Shown here: one piece after another, positions 1 to 21,154 of the stretch
Numbering within the stretch: the stretch's first letter is position 1
Layout of the letters: each line of letters begins with the position of its first letter
Assembly (NCBI RefSeq): GCF_044704955.1
Contig: NC_091980.1
Coordinates: 130,386,001-130,450,000, forward strand
Length of the DNA: 64,000 bases
Source: Pristiophorus japonicus
Taxonomy: Eukaryota
Direction of reading: 5' to 3'
Translations under genes and position numbers: made by a program
The notes under the pieces: model-generated
The model's input: only the letters and a program-made list of their open reading frames with translations
Database searches by the model: none
What the model was told of the DNA's origin: nothing

Positions 1-1054
1 TCACTTTAAAGCTATAATATGATCCAATTTATCTTAATTTGTATTTATTAACAAATTCTCTTTGTTTCTTGCAGCAGCTGTATCATCTGATTATTTTGAT
101 TCTTTTTTTTCCTGGGATCTTGAGCTTGATGAAGTTTATTTGGAATACATTCTGTACACAATGCAAGGAATTCAGAATTTGTATCCTCATTCTAAATCAC
201 TGCATGGATTTTCCTTACCTTGCTGGTTCAATGGGTGATGTCATAAAAATAAATCTAGGCCATTTCGGAGGGATGTCAGGAAGTATTCTTTCCCACCAGT
301 GTGGTGGAAATCTGAAACACTTTCTTTCTCAGCCATCCCTCACCTCCACGGGGAGGATGGGAAGAAAGTGTTATAAATGTTTCTGCTTCCCTCCTGTTCC
401 TAGTATTTCTTGCCACTAATTTTAAGTACCAGTTTGTATCCTTCTGTCTTTCCTCTAACTTTTTGCAATCATAAAGCAGATAGTTAATCATCAATTGTCT
501 GTGCTCAGTGGACTCTCCCTTAACCCCTGTGACCTTCACCAAGCACCCTCAAATTCTGAGGGGTTCTCCTAACTTTTATTCTGTGGTCCCTGGTTCTCCT
601 CTACAATGCTTTGATTTGTGTAGACTGTCAAATTAATGCTGCTTGTGGTAGTTTTAATTCCTTGGCATGAATGCAGCCAGTAAAACTCGGTTAGTTTTTC
701 TTTTTTTTTTATATATGAATTCTGCATTGGGACTAGATCTAGTTTAGGCAGTTGCTTTTACTGCCTCTCAACTAGCCTGTACAAAATGTATTTGGGTTAA
801 TAAACAATTATTATTGGAGCATGCTACTGGTGACCAGGGTATAAATCTTGTGGCAATTCCTTCACCTAATTTCCAGAGCTACAATGAATATTGGGTGCCA
901 AGATTCAGGTTCCAGTCTTAAGCATGTTCAATCAAAGCTGAATTGGTGATTATGGAGTGATGCAGCACAGGAGGCCATTCAGTCCATTGTGCCTTGCTGA
1001 ATGTTGGGTGGAGCGATACAACTGTTTCCATAGCCTGCAAATTTTTCTAAATCA

Positions 1055-2420
1055 CGTAAGAGGATGAGACTGGGGAATTAGTAATGGGCAACATAGAGAT
1101 GGCAGAAAATCTGAACAAATATCTTGTGTCTGTTTTGACAGTGGAAGACAATAACATTCCAATGGTGGATAGTCAAGGGGCTATTGGGGGGAGGTACTTA
1201 ATGCAATAACAATCACCTGAGGAAGTAGTACTCAGTAAGATAATTGGGCTCAATTATGTCCTGATGGCTTGCATCCTTGGGCCTTGAGAAGCAGGGATTG
1301 TGGATGTATTGGTTATAATTTACCAAAATTACCTGGATTCTGGGGAGGTCCCAGCAGATTGGAAAGCTGCAAATGTAATGCCCCTTTTTTTTTAAATAAA
1401 AAACTTTTGACCAGTTAGCCTAATATCTGATAGGGAAAATGTTGGAGTCCATTATTAACATCGCAGGGACATTTGGAAAAGCAAAATTTGATCAGGCAGA
1501 GTCGGCATGGATTTGTGAGGGGAAGTCGTGTTTGACAAATTTGCTGGAATTCTTTGAGGATGTAATGAACAGGGTGGATGAAAGTGAACCAGTGGCTGTT
1601 TTGTATTTGGACCTCCAGAAGGTATTTGAGAAGGTGCCACAAAAGATGACTGCACAAGATGAAAGTTCACAGGCTTTGGGGGTAATATATTAGCATTGAT
1701 AGAGGATTGGCTAAAGAACCGAGTCAGGATAAATGGTTCATTCTCTGGTTGGCAACCAGGATCTAGTAGAGTGCCGCAAGGATCAGTGCTGGGACCCCAA
1801 CTATTTACAATCTATATTACATTCTGTCCCTCCTTCCAAGTCGGTTATGTTGCCTAGTTTGTTCCTCCCAACTTTGTATCAGTAATGTGTGAGGAGAACA
1901 CACTTCTGCAGAAGGACATAGGTAGGCTAAGTGAGTGGGCAAAAATTTGACTGTAGGAAAGTGAGGTCATGCACTTTAGCAGAACAAGAATCAAAGAGCA
2001 AATGTTTATTGAAATAGAGCAAGATTGCCAAGTGCCGCAGTACAGCAGGAGCGGAGGGGGGTGGGGTGTGGTGGGTGCCTCTACTCATTTGGAATTCAAT
2101 AAGTTCACCACATTCTTAAGTGTATACGATTGAGGGGGCTTGACTGGGTGGATAGAGAGGATGTTTCCACTGATGGGGAAACTACAACTAGAGGGCATGA
2201 TCTTAAAATAAGGGGCTGCCCATTTAGAACTGAAATATCTTGAGCGTTGTCAATCTGTGGAATTCACTGCCTGAGCTGTGGAAAGCTGAGACATTGAATA
2301 AATTTAAGACTGTAATACAGTTTCTTAAATGCTAAGGGGTTATGTGGGGATGAGTCCATGATCAGATCAGCCATAATCTTAAATGGTCGAACAGGCTCTG
2401 AGCTGTGTGGTCTACTCCTG
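1055..2420 (+). mobile_element. Decayed CR1 3' portion in intron 1 (paralogues ~25135-25780 + 30520-31260, ~51705-53130)
   Basis: Fragmentary RT (GKSCLTNLLEFFEDV, YLDLQKVF, PQGSVLGP) similar to the intact ORF2, with many indels. Confidence 0.85.
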
Positions 2421-2637
2421 TTCATATTTCTCAGGTTAGGTTTCCCTATGGCTGGAGCTGAGATTATCCAATGTATTTACCAGGTTAATTGAGTAGGTTC
2501 TAGTTTCCATAAATATACATACAAGTTCAGTGAGACTGAGCTCTTGAAGCAAGAAAAATGAGTTTGGCTTCATGTACAGTGCCCATGCTGATGGGTCTGC
2601 TATGCAATAATCAACTACTCTTCTGATCCCTCTGCAG

Positions 2638-8452
<5,815 letters not shown>

Positions 8453-9039
8453 TGCTTCTGATCAGTACTCTTGTTTATACAATATGTGTGAGACTCTGTC
8501 CTACATAAAATGATGGATTTGTACAGGCTGAGACCTGGGCTCTTGATGTGAAATGTAATCAACTGTAAATAAACTGTTCAATATTGGACTGGGTTTTGTC
8601 TCCTTGCAATTAGTGGTTGCTTATTTTCCATTTACTGTAACTTGTTTGCAGCACAAGTATTGCACTAGGCTATGCAACAATCATACATTGGCCTCCTGTG
8701 CTGTAACCACTCAGCTGGCTCTCCAAGAGCACTTCAGCTCGTCCTACTCCCTTGCATTTTCCCTGTTGCCCTGCAATGTTTTTCCTTCATGTACTTGTTA
8801 AATCCTATGATTGAAAATGTCTTCACCACCCTCTCGGACAGTGCAATCCAGATATTAACCACTCATTGCATAAAAGTTTATCCTCGTGTCAGCTGTGGTT
8901 CTTCTGCCAATTGTCTTAAATTTGTGTCTGCTGGTTCTCGTCCCTTCTACCAGTGTTAATAGTCCTATAATTTTGCTCGTTGCTGGGGTAATTTCAATCT
9001 ATTGACAGTTATATTCATAAAAACATAAATAAGAGCAGT

Positions 9040-10975
9040 TGTTGTCCATTTTGGTTCTGTAAAGACTGCACCACCATTAAATATGATCATAACTAATCCT
9101 TTACCACCACCATGTTCATGCTTTTACCCCATCGCCCTTGATGCCTTTTGTATCAAGATATCTCACATCCTTAAATATATTCAGCAATTGGGCTCCACTG
9201 CCTTCTGCAGTCAATACTTCCCCAGTTTCCCCATCCTGAGTGAAAACATTTATTATCTTTGTGCTAAATTTCCTACAGCATATTCTGAGCCTGTGACTTT
9301 TTATTCTCAACTTCCCAGCAAAGGGCTACTTCCTCCCCACATCCAATCTCTCCAAACCAGTCTGAATTTTATGATTTAATAAGATCCCCTTTCACTCTTC
9401 TGGTGAATACAGGCCTGGTCAAGCTATTCTCTCGTCATACGACAATCTTTCCATCCAAGGAATCAGTCTGGTGGAACTTCGCTGCGCTCTTAAGGAGACC
9501 CAAACCTGTGCACAATACACCAGGTGTAGTTTCACCAAGGCCATGTATAATTGTAGTAAGACATTCTTGCTCCTGCACTGTGGAAAAATTGTAAATATTA
9601 AATTTGGTTTCCTCCTCCAAATCTATTTAGAAATGTGATTAGTTGGGGCCCAAGCACCGATCCCTGTGGTATCCCACTAGTCACGACTCACCACCCAGGA
9701 AAAGACCTGTTTGTTCCGACTGTGTTTTCTATCAATTAACCAATTTTCAATCCACAGTATATTACCCCCAATCCCATGTGCTTTAATTTTGCGCACTAAC
9801 CTCTTGTGGGACTTTATCAAAGGCCTTCTGAAAATCCAAATACACGACATCCACTGGTTCTCCCTTATCTAATCTCAGTTACATCCTCGAAAAAAACTCC
9901 AGTAGGTTTGTCAAACACAATTTTCTTTTCATAAATCCATATTGACTTTGTCTAATCCCGTTGATAGTTTCTAAGTGTCCCTTTATCACATTCTACTAAT
10001 GTTAGGCTAACCGGGCTGCAGTTACCTGTTTTCTTTCTCCTTCCTTTTTAAAATAGTGGGGTTACATTTGCCACCCTCCATTCTGCGGCAACTGTTCCAT
10101 AATCTGTAGAAATTTGGACGATGATAACCAATGCAACCACTATTTCCATGGCTACCACTTTTATTCCTCTGGGATGCAGATTATCAGGCCCTGGGGATTT
10201 ATCAGCTTTCAGTCCCATTAGTTTCTCCAGCACTATTTTCTGACTAATAATCATTACCTTTAATTTCTCTTGCTCACGAGATCCTTAGTTCCCTAGCATT
10301 TCTGTGATGTTATTTGTGTCCTCTTCTGTAAAGACAGAACCAAAGTATTTAATTGTTCTGCCATTTCCTTGTTCCCCATTATAAATTATCCCATTTGTGA
10401 CTGAAAAGGACCTACATTTGTCTTCACTAATCTTTTTCTTTTTACAGACTGGGAGAAACTTTTACAGTCGGTTTTTATGATCCTTGCAAGTTTAGTCTCA
10501 CACTATTTTCCTCCTCTTAAACAATCTCTTGGTCCTTTTTTGCTGAATACTAAATTGCTCCCAATCCTCAGGAGTGCTACTTGTTCTGGCAACTTTGTAT
10601 GACTCCTCTTTGGATCTAATACTATCCTTATATTCTTGTGTAAACCATGGTTGGGCCACTTTTCCTTTTGTGTTTCTGCAGCAGAAAGGAATGTATAATT
10701 GTTGCAATTCATGCATTCGTTACTTAAATGTTAGCCATTGACTATCCACCATCATGCCTTTTAATGACTCTTCCCAATCTATCATAGCCATTCCTCATAC
10801 CTTCATAGTTTCCTCTGTTTAGATTTAGGACCTAGTTTTGGATTGGACAAATTCACTTTCAATCTTCATAAAGAATTCAATTATGTTATGATCATTCTTC
10901 CCTAAAGGACCCCGCACAAAAAGACTATTAATTAACCCCTTCTCATTGTACAATACCCAATCTACGATAGGTATT
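9040..10975 (-). mobile_element. Decayed CR1 (paralogues ~33380-35320, ~55300-57240)
   Basis: Minus-strand peptides KLMGLKADKSPGPDNLHPR, WRVANVTPLF and LQQLYIP...KGKVAQPW match CR1 ORF2. Confidence 0.88.
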
Positions 10976-11012
10976 CAGACATGTTGAAGATCTAATTTCA
11001 ATTGTACGTATA

Positions 11013-11217
11013 TGTAACGACTCAAAAATCTGGTTCCTGTAAACTCACTCAGGTGCAACATCATCCATCTTTATTCCAGCCCAAGAGTGCCAGTGTGACA
11101 AAGACACCCAGCTTATATACAGGTGATCAAGCACACATGCCACGTGTGTCCAGCCCGATGATCTCCGACCGCGGCGCCCTCTGGTGTCTTGTGACTCCCA
11201 AGCATTAATACATAAGA
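11013..11217 (-). mobile_element. Solo LTR present in all three units (also 35361-35564, 57285-57500)
   Basis: TGTAAC...TAAGA ends with perfect GTATA TSD (11008-11012, 11218-11222); reverse-strand TATATAA and AATAAA. Confidence 0.8.
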
Positions 11218-11569
11218 GTATATCTTGCAAATTCTATTCATGCATTTCAATCTAGCGTTGCAACGCTATAATACAACAAGTGAAAATGTTCACGTTTGTT
11301 CAGCCACATAAGGCAGTGAGACCACAGGTACATTTTAGTGTCTTAAAGGAGGCAGAGAGGTTTACATAATAACATGCTATGCAATTTGGCACCTCGAGCC
11401 TGTTCCGCCATTCAGTAAAATCATGACTGGTCCGATCTTGGTCTCAATACTTTCCTGCCTGTTCCCCATTACCCTTGACTCCGCTATTGTTCAAAAATCT
11501 ATCTATCTCCACCTTAAATGTATTCAATGACCCTGCCTCCACACACGCGCACACACACACAGACACACA

Positions 11570-11823
11570 CAGTACTGAGTGAATGCCGCACTGTCAGAGG
11601 GGCAGTACTGAGGGAGTGCCGCACTGTCAGAGTGGCAGCACTGAGGGAGTGCCGCACTGTCAGAAGGGCAGGACTGAGGGAGCGCCGCACTGTCAGAGGG
11701 GCAGGACTGAGGGAGCGCCGCACTGTCAGAGGGACAATACTCACAGGATTCTTCACTGTCGGAGGAGCAGCACTAAGGGATTGCCACACTGTCTGAAGGG
11801 CAGTACTGAGGGATTGTTGTACA
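11570..11823 (+). repeat. 33-bp minisatellite (GCACTGTCAGAGGGGCAGTACTGAGGGAGTGCC)n preceded by (CA)n, about 7-8 copies
   Basis: Direct tandem repeats; 11-aa periodicity in the overlapping ORFs. Confidence 0.93.
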
Positions 11824-12514
11824 GACTCATGTTTGATTCAGGTTGGTCAACTGTGCTCATTGGTGGCATCTCCCCCGAAAGGGTAGTGCCTGTGGTGTGA
11901 TTGGTGGCTCTGGATCTGAATCACTGCCGCACTCTCTGCCCCATCTAAAGCAGAGTTTTAATCCAAGGGAACACCTCTCATCAGCTCATCCAGGACTGAA
12001 CCACTTCTGCACTGAAATCAGACGTCACGGCTTTGGATCTCTGGGATACACCAGCACGAAGGTCAATGACCAGAGGGGAGAGATGAGGACGATTATTTTA
12101 ACGCAGCGAGTTGTTGTGATCCGGAACGCGTTGCCTGAAAGGGCGGTGGAATCAGATTCAACAGTAACTTTGAAGAGGGAATTGCATATACACTTGACAA
12201 AAGTTGCAGGGCTATGGGGAAGGAGCTGAGGAGTGGGACGAATTGGATCGTTCTTCCAAAGTGCCTGCACAGGCACGATGGGCCGAATGGCCTCTTTCTG
12301 TGCTGATAGAATCTATGATGAGCCAGACAGTTAGAGCATATCTGAGCCTCATCATTTCAATCAGATTTAAATATTCATCATTTCAATCAGATTTAAATAT
12401 TCTTTCGAGTCACTGAAAACCTACTGTAAAAGGACACGTCTAACACATCAAATTGAGGGGCAGGAAAAGACCAGCTGGTCCATCAAGCCTGCCCCAAAAC
12501 ATGCCGGAGCAAAT

Positions 12515-12885
12515 CATAGAATCATAAAATGTGTACAGCACAGAGGGAGGCCATTCGGCCTGTCGAGCCCGTGCCGGCTCTCTTCGAGAGCACTTCAGCT
12601 AGTCCCACTCCCCCGCCCTTCCCCTGCAACCCTGCTATTAATTTTTCCTTCAGGTACTTATCCAATTCCCTTTTGAAAGCCACGATTGAGTCTACCTCCA
12701 CCACCCTCTCGGGCATTGCATTCCAGATCCCAACCATTCGCTGTGGAAACATGTTGACTTTGGTTCTTTTGCCAGTCACTTTAAATCTGTGTCCTCTGGT
12801 TCTCGACCCTTCTGCCAATGGGAACAGTTCCTGTCTATCAATTCTGTCCAGACACCTCATGATTTTGAATCCCTCTATCAAATGG
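12515..12885 (-). mobile_element. Short CR1 3'-end fragment (paralogue 36823-37190); an oppositely oriented fragment lies at ~12060-12320
   Basis: RTRGHRFKV...QRMVGIWNAMPERVVE...FKRELDKYL plus a CATAGAAT tail. Confidence 0.8.
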
Positions 12886-13339
12886 AGATGTGGGTGACAA
12901 TGTGTTCAGTAATGTTCACTCCCTCTCATTCTCACTCAATATATTGAATTTTACCAGACATCATTCCATGAGAATAAAAATGAAAGATTGTTGATGCCCC
13001 CATGTAGCCAATCCTCAGACACATGCCCATTCTCTGTATTCGAACTGGGGGCAGTTCACACCACCCACAGGATGGAATTCCCATTCCACTGGCCAATGCT
13101 TGGTTTGTAAATGCACCAAGACGATTTGATTGCTTTGAATATTGTCTCAGTGCCACAGAAACTTGCAAGTAACAAACTTCGCCAGATTATGAAAAACCCC
13201 TTTGGCGAAAGTAGAAAATTATAATTTCATTCAAGTGAGAGCGTTAAACAACGGCACACTTTTAGATTTGAAGACGTTCAAGGAACCCAAAGGCAGTGAC
13301 ATCACCAAGACTGATCTCCCCCAGACCCCTCCTACAAAT

Positions 13340-13465
13340 CCCCTCTCCTTTGTTAATTGGTGCCTCAATTCAGGGAAGATTCCTGATTGGCTCTGAGGGA
13401 TTGTCAATCATCATTGGTGATGTCATACCCTGTTTGAATGCAGCTGTTCCAATAGTATAAATACA
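13340..13465 (+). promoter_or_regulatory. Ferritin B promoter: three inverted CCAAT boxes and TATA (paralogue ~37630-37755)
   Basis: ATTGG at 13356, 13386 and 13413; TATAAAT at 13456-13462, 76 nt before the ATG. Confidence 0.75.
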
Positions 13466-13531
13466 GGAGCTTGTACAAGACAGTATGAGTTTCAGAACTG
13501 TGCAGAGGATAGTGAAATATAGATAGTGAAG

Positions 13532-16136
<2,605 letters not shown>

Positions 16137-17889
16137 ACTGACTGGGATCAAGCTTTGTGTTTAGTACTTGCATTTATATAATCAGGCCCATATACTGTCG
16201 GGAATGAAGGCTTGTGACTTTGTGCAAAAAGAGCTGAAACCCACAACAGTAAATAAACTGTTTAACATTGGGCTGTGTTTTGTCACCTTGTAAATTTGAG
16301 TGGTTACTTATTTTTCATTTAACATAACTTGATTTCCATCAAACAAGAATTACACTGACCTGTGCAACATTTATATGGGATTCAGTCCTATGAAATGTGT
16401 TTTCCCCTTGTGTAATGTCTATGTATTGACTGGGCCATTCAGGCACCTGTTATAAGATCTAAAATGTTCAATGGTGTGTTTGGACAACTGACAGTCCCAT
16501 GGCATATTGGCCCAGTGCCCAAAAGTCTGGGCAGAGGTATGTATTGATAAGGTACAGAGATGTTTAGGAAGGCATGTCTAGAGCTTGGGACTGATAAGCT
16601 GTATCCAATGATCTGCCTTTGTACAAATGACAATTCAATCCAACAAGATGTAACATCTGCTAAACTCAGGGCCAATTTGCCAGTAATTCATTGTTGCACC
16701 ATTTCAGTCCAATGAAGAAAAAGTCCTGGATTAGCTTCCTAGTTAGTCTATCTGCCTCGTGAATGAACAGCAGTTTGTATTCAATAGCTGCAACAGATCC
16801 TCTTCAGTTATGCAGGTCGTTCAGTAATGGGACTCATCACTGCTGCTTTAGGCTTGCTGTTAAACTTTGTAGGCAGAAAAGCAATATCTCAGCACACTGA
16901 ACTCTGGGCACTACAATTGGGTGAGGAGGGAAAGCAACAGCTGGCATTAGCTTGCTGTCATAGCTTCAGTGCTTCGTGTGGATACCCTAGTCGTTCTTGG
17001 ACAGCTTCTCTTCCGTCTGCTCCCCTAATGGTTGAATAACTTGCCAACACAACCTCCATTCAAACATGAATAAGGTATTGCAAGACTAACGATACTCCAA
17101 CGACATTTAATACTTGGGGAAGGTGTAAATGTATTTAATTCCACAAAGCAAAAGGAACAAGATGTTAAACCGATTTCTGGCCACAATGCCGAAGTACTCA
17201 ATTTATAAGCCCATCAATTTTTTTTTTTTTGTTAGTAATGAAATTCACAGTGGTACTATCACCCTGGATTCGATCTCCATTTCTCTCCTCCGTGGCTATG
17301 AATGGATACAAATGGTATTGCTGCAGCTCCAATAATCCAGTATTTACTAGTTATTTTTAGTAATTTAACTGTGTTGAGTGCAATTAAATAGCCATGTACA
17401 GACATTCCAGGTTAATGTCTTGGCAACACTCCAGCGCCTTTTGGCTATCGATGTTACAAAATGTCATATATTGATGAGCCACAGTTCCACGAGTTGGCCT
17501 GGGTTTGCGTGCTGATGGGTTTGATAGCTTCATGTATCAACAAATCTCCAGCTCACTCGATGTGAAACTTTACAGGTGCTCGTGTTTTAAGAATTACTTA
17601 CAATTTACAGCTCAGGAAAAAGACCATTTGGGCCAACTGGACCATGCTGTGGTTTATGTTCCATGTGAAACTTGTCCCACCCCACTTCATCTAGACCTAT
17701 TAGCATATCCTTCTATTCCTTTCTCCTTGTGTTTATGTAGCTTTCCCTTAAATGCATCTATGCTCTTTGCATTCAGAGTTATTACTGCGGGTAGCTCAGT
17801 AAACGCACCGCTGCTGCTGTGGATTTTCTGTTCAGCTGTGTGGGTAAAGAAGTGAGTAACAGCTATAAAGATCCGCAATGTTTGAGCTC

Positions 17890-20471
17890 GAGGACAGCAT
17901 TTATTGTCCGTCACTGATTGCCTTTGAGAAGGTGCTGGTCAGCCATCTTCTGGAACCGCTGCAGTCTTGTGGTGAAGGTACTCCAACAGTGCTTTTCGGG
18001 AGGGAGTTCCTGGATTTTGCCGCAGTGACGAAAAAGGAATGGTGATATATTTCCAAGTCAGGTTGGTGTGTAACATGGAGGTGAACTTGCAGGTGATAGT
18101 ATTCCCAAACTTCTGCTGCCCTTGTCCTGCTAATTGCTAGAGCTCGTGGGATGGCTTGTGCTGCTGAAAAAGCCTTGGCGAGTTGCTGCAGTGCATCTTG
18201 TCGATGGTACACACTGCAGCCATGGTGCACCGGTGGTGGAAGCAGTGAATGTGGAAGGTGGTGGATGGGATGCCAATCAAGCGGCCTGCTTTGTCCTGGA
18301 TGGTGTCGAGCTTCTTGATGATTGCTGAAGCTGCACTCAGCCAGTCAAGTGGAGAGTATTCCACCACACACCTGACTTGTGCCTTGTCGATGCTGGAAAG
18401 ACGTTAGGTGTCAGGAGGTGAGACACTCACCGCAAAATACCAAGCCTCTGGCCTGTTCTTATTACCAGACTTTTTATGCGGCTGGGCGAGTTCAGTTTCT
18501 GATCAGCGATGACCCCCAGGGGTTAATGCTGGGGAATTCAGCGGCAGTGAATGTTAAGGGCAGGTGGTTAGACTCTCGCTTTTTGCAGATAGCCATTGCC
18601 TGGCACTTGTGTGGTGCCATTGTTACTTGCCCATTATCAGCCCCACACTGAATGTCATCCAGGTCTTGCTGCATGTGGGCATGGACTGCTTCATTTTCTG
18701 ATGTCTTGCAAATGGAACAGAACACTGTGTAATCATCAGCAAACATTCCCACTTCTGGCCTTTATGATGGAGGGAAGTTCATTGATGAAGCAGCTTAAGA
18801 TAGTTGGGCCAAGGACACTGTCCTGAGGTATTCCTGCAGAGATGTCCTGGGGCTGAGATGATTGACCTCCAACAACCACTTCCTTTGTGCTAGATATGAG
18901 TCCAGCTCATCGAGAGTTTTCGATATTCGCATCGACTTCAATATTGCAAGGGCTACTTGATGCCGCACTCCATCAGATGCTGCCTTGCTGTGAAAGGTAG
19001 TCACTCTCACCTCACCTGTAATTCAGCTCCTTTGTACATGTTTGGACCAAGGCTGCAACGAGATCAGGAGCTGAGTGGTCCTGGCACAACCCAAACTGGG
19101 CATCGGTGAGCAGATTATTGTCGACAAAATCTTCCCTCACTTTGCTGATGATTGAGTGTAGACTGATGGGGTGGTAATTGGCCTGAATGGATTTGTCCTG
19201 CTTTTTCTGGACAGGACGTACCAGAGCAGTTTTTCACATTGTTGGGTAGATGCCAGTGTCTCTGTGCTGGAACAGCTTGGCTAGAGGTGTGGCCATGAAT
19301 TTACAGATTGTGGTGCAATACAATTCTGCAGTTGCTGATGACCCACAGTGCCTCATAGATGCCCAGTTTTGAGCTGCGAGATCTGTTTTGAATCTATTCC
19401 ATTTAACACTGTGGTCAAGCCACTCACCACGAAGGAGGGTGTCCTCAGTGTGAAGACAAGACTTTGTCTCCACAAGGACTGTATGGTGGTCACTGCTACC
19501 AATGCTGTCATGGACAGATGAATCTGTGACAGGTAGATTGCTGTGGACAAGATCAGTAAGTTTTTCCCTTGTGTTGATTCTCTCACCATCTGTCGGAAGC
19601 CCAATCTGGATGCTATGTCCTTCCGGACTCAGCCCGCTTGCTCAGTGCTACCGAGCCCCTCTTGGTGATGGACATTGAAGCCGATTGCTATATCAGTGCT
19701 TCTTCCAAGTGGCCTTCAACATGGAGGTGTAGTGATTCATCAGCTGAGCGCGGGTGGTAGGTGGTAATCAGCAGGATTTTCCATGTCCAAGCTTGACCTA
19801 AACCCATGAGACTTGATAGGGTCCAGATTAAATGTTCAGGACTCTTACCGCTACTCCCTCCCGACTGTATACCACTGAGCCGCCACTTCTGGTGTGTCTG
19901 CCCTTCTGGTGGGACAGGACATACGCAGGGATGGTGAAGGAGGAATCTGGGACATTGGCTGAAAGGTATGATTCTGTGATTATGACTATGTCAGCTGTTG
20001 CTTGACTAACCTGTGGGACAGCTCTCCCCATTTAGGCACAAGATACCAGATGTTAGTGAGGAGGACTTTGCAGGGTCAACTGGGCTGGGTGTACCATTGT
20101 CATGTCAGAAGCCGGTACTGAGGTCAATGCCGGGTTGTCCATCCTCTTTTATTCTAATTAATGTTTCTCGTAATGGTTTGTTATAACTGATTGAAATGGC
20201 CTAGCAAGCCGGAGGGCAGTTAAGACTCAACCACATTGCTTTGGGTTTGGAGTCATATCGGCCAGATTTCCTTCCCGAAGGACATTACTGAAGCAGATTG
20301 GTTTTTATGACAAGCCGATAGCTCCCTGGGCAACATTACTGATACTAGCTTTTTATTCCAGATTTTAATTTAATTAACTGAATTTCAATTCCCCAGCTGC
20401 CGTGGTGGGACTTTGGATCATTAGTCCAGGCCTCTGGATTACTCGTCCAGTAACATAACCACGATGTTACC
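17890..20471 (-). mobile_element. Decayed near-full-length CR1/L2-group LINE of a second family (paralogue ~41390-43923)
   Basis: Minus-strand peptides DIVIITESYL (APE), PQGSVLGP, MFADD and MVEYSPLDW, heavily disrupted. The 5' region runs to ~20471. Confidence 0.8.
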
Positions 20472-20701
20472 GCACTCTTTGCATCTCTCAATGGCACTTT
20501 TGGAGTATAGATGTCACCACAATTCATACATTGATGAGTCACAATTCTACAAGTCATGTTGGGTTTTGCGTGCTGATGAGTTTCATGGCTTCATGTTTCA
20601 GATAAAACAAATTCTTCAGCTCACTCGATGTGAAAAACTTTACAGATGTCCTTGTTTTAATAATTACATAGAATTTACAGCACAGAAAAAGGCCATTCAG
20701 C

Positions 20702-20842
20702 CTGGCAAATTGCAGTGGTGAGCGGTCCTTCTTGAACGTAAAACACATCGAGGATGAGGTGAGGAAACGAATGGGACAAGATCGATTTAATAGTCTTTCA
20801 ATCATGAGCATGGAGAGCGAAGTACTGAGAGGACTTGACTTC
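20702..20842 (+). mobile_element. Isolated hAT transposase C-terminal dimerisation-domain fragment (paralogue 47224-47364)
   Basis: LANCSGERSFLNVKHIEDEVRKRMGQDRFNSLSIMSMESEVLRGLDF carries the hATC ERSFS...LR..M.Q.RL..L signature. Confidence 0.75.
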
Positions 20843-21154
20843 ACACACTGAGCCTCCTCCCAACTTCATTTAACCCGATCAGCATATCCTGCCAATCCTT
20901 CCTCCCTCATGTGTTTATCCAGCTTCACCTTAAACGCGTCTATGCTTTTTGTCTCAACTATTCCTTTTGATAGCGAGTTAAACATTCTGAACACTCTCTG
21001 AGTAAAGAAGTTTCTTTGAAGTCTCTCTTAGATTATTAATTATAACTTTCTGTATAATTCTACGGAGATCAGAACTTTGCACCATACTCCAAGTGTTGTC
21101 TAGCCAAGGTTCTGTATAAACTTAACATGCTGCACAGGGATGTGGTTCAGTTCA

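Noticed and set aside
39-419. 126-aa hydrophobic ORF repeated at 24102 and ~50661
   Set aside because: Intronic, TTG start, frameshifted in unit 3. The recurrence reflects segmental duplication, not coding constraint.
11570-11823. Regular 33-bp repeats with a palindromic CAGTACTG core as a CRISPR array or repeat protein
   Set aside because: No unique spacers, no cas genes, eukaryotic context. The periodic ORFs on both strands are by-products of a 33-bp unit.
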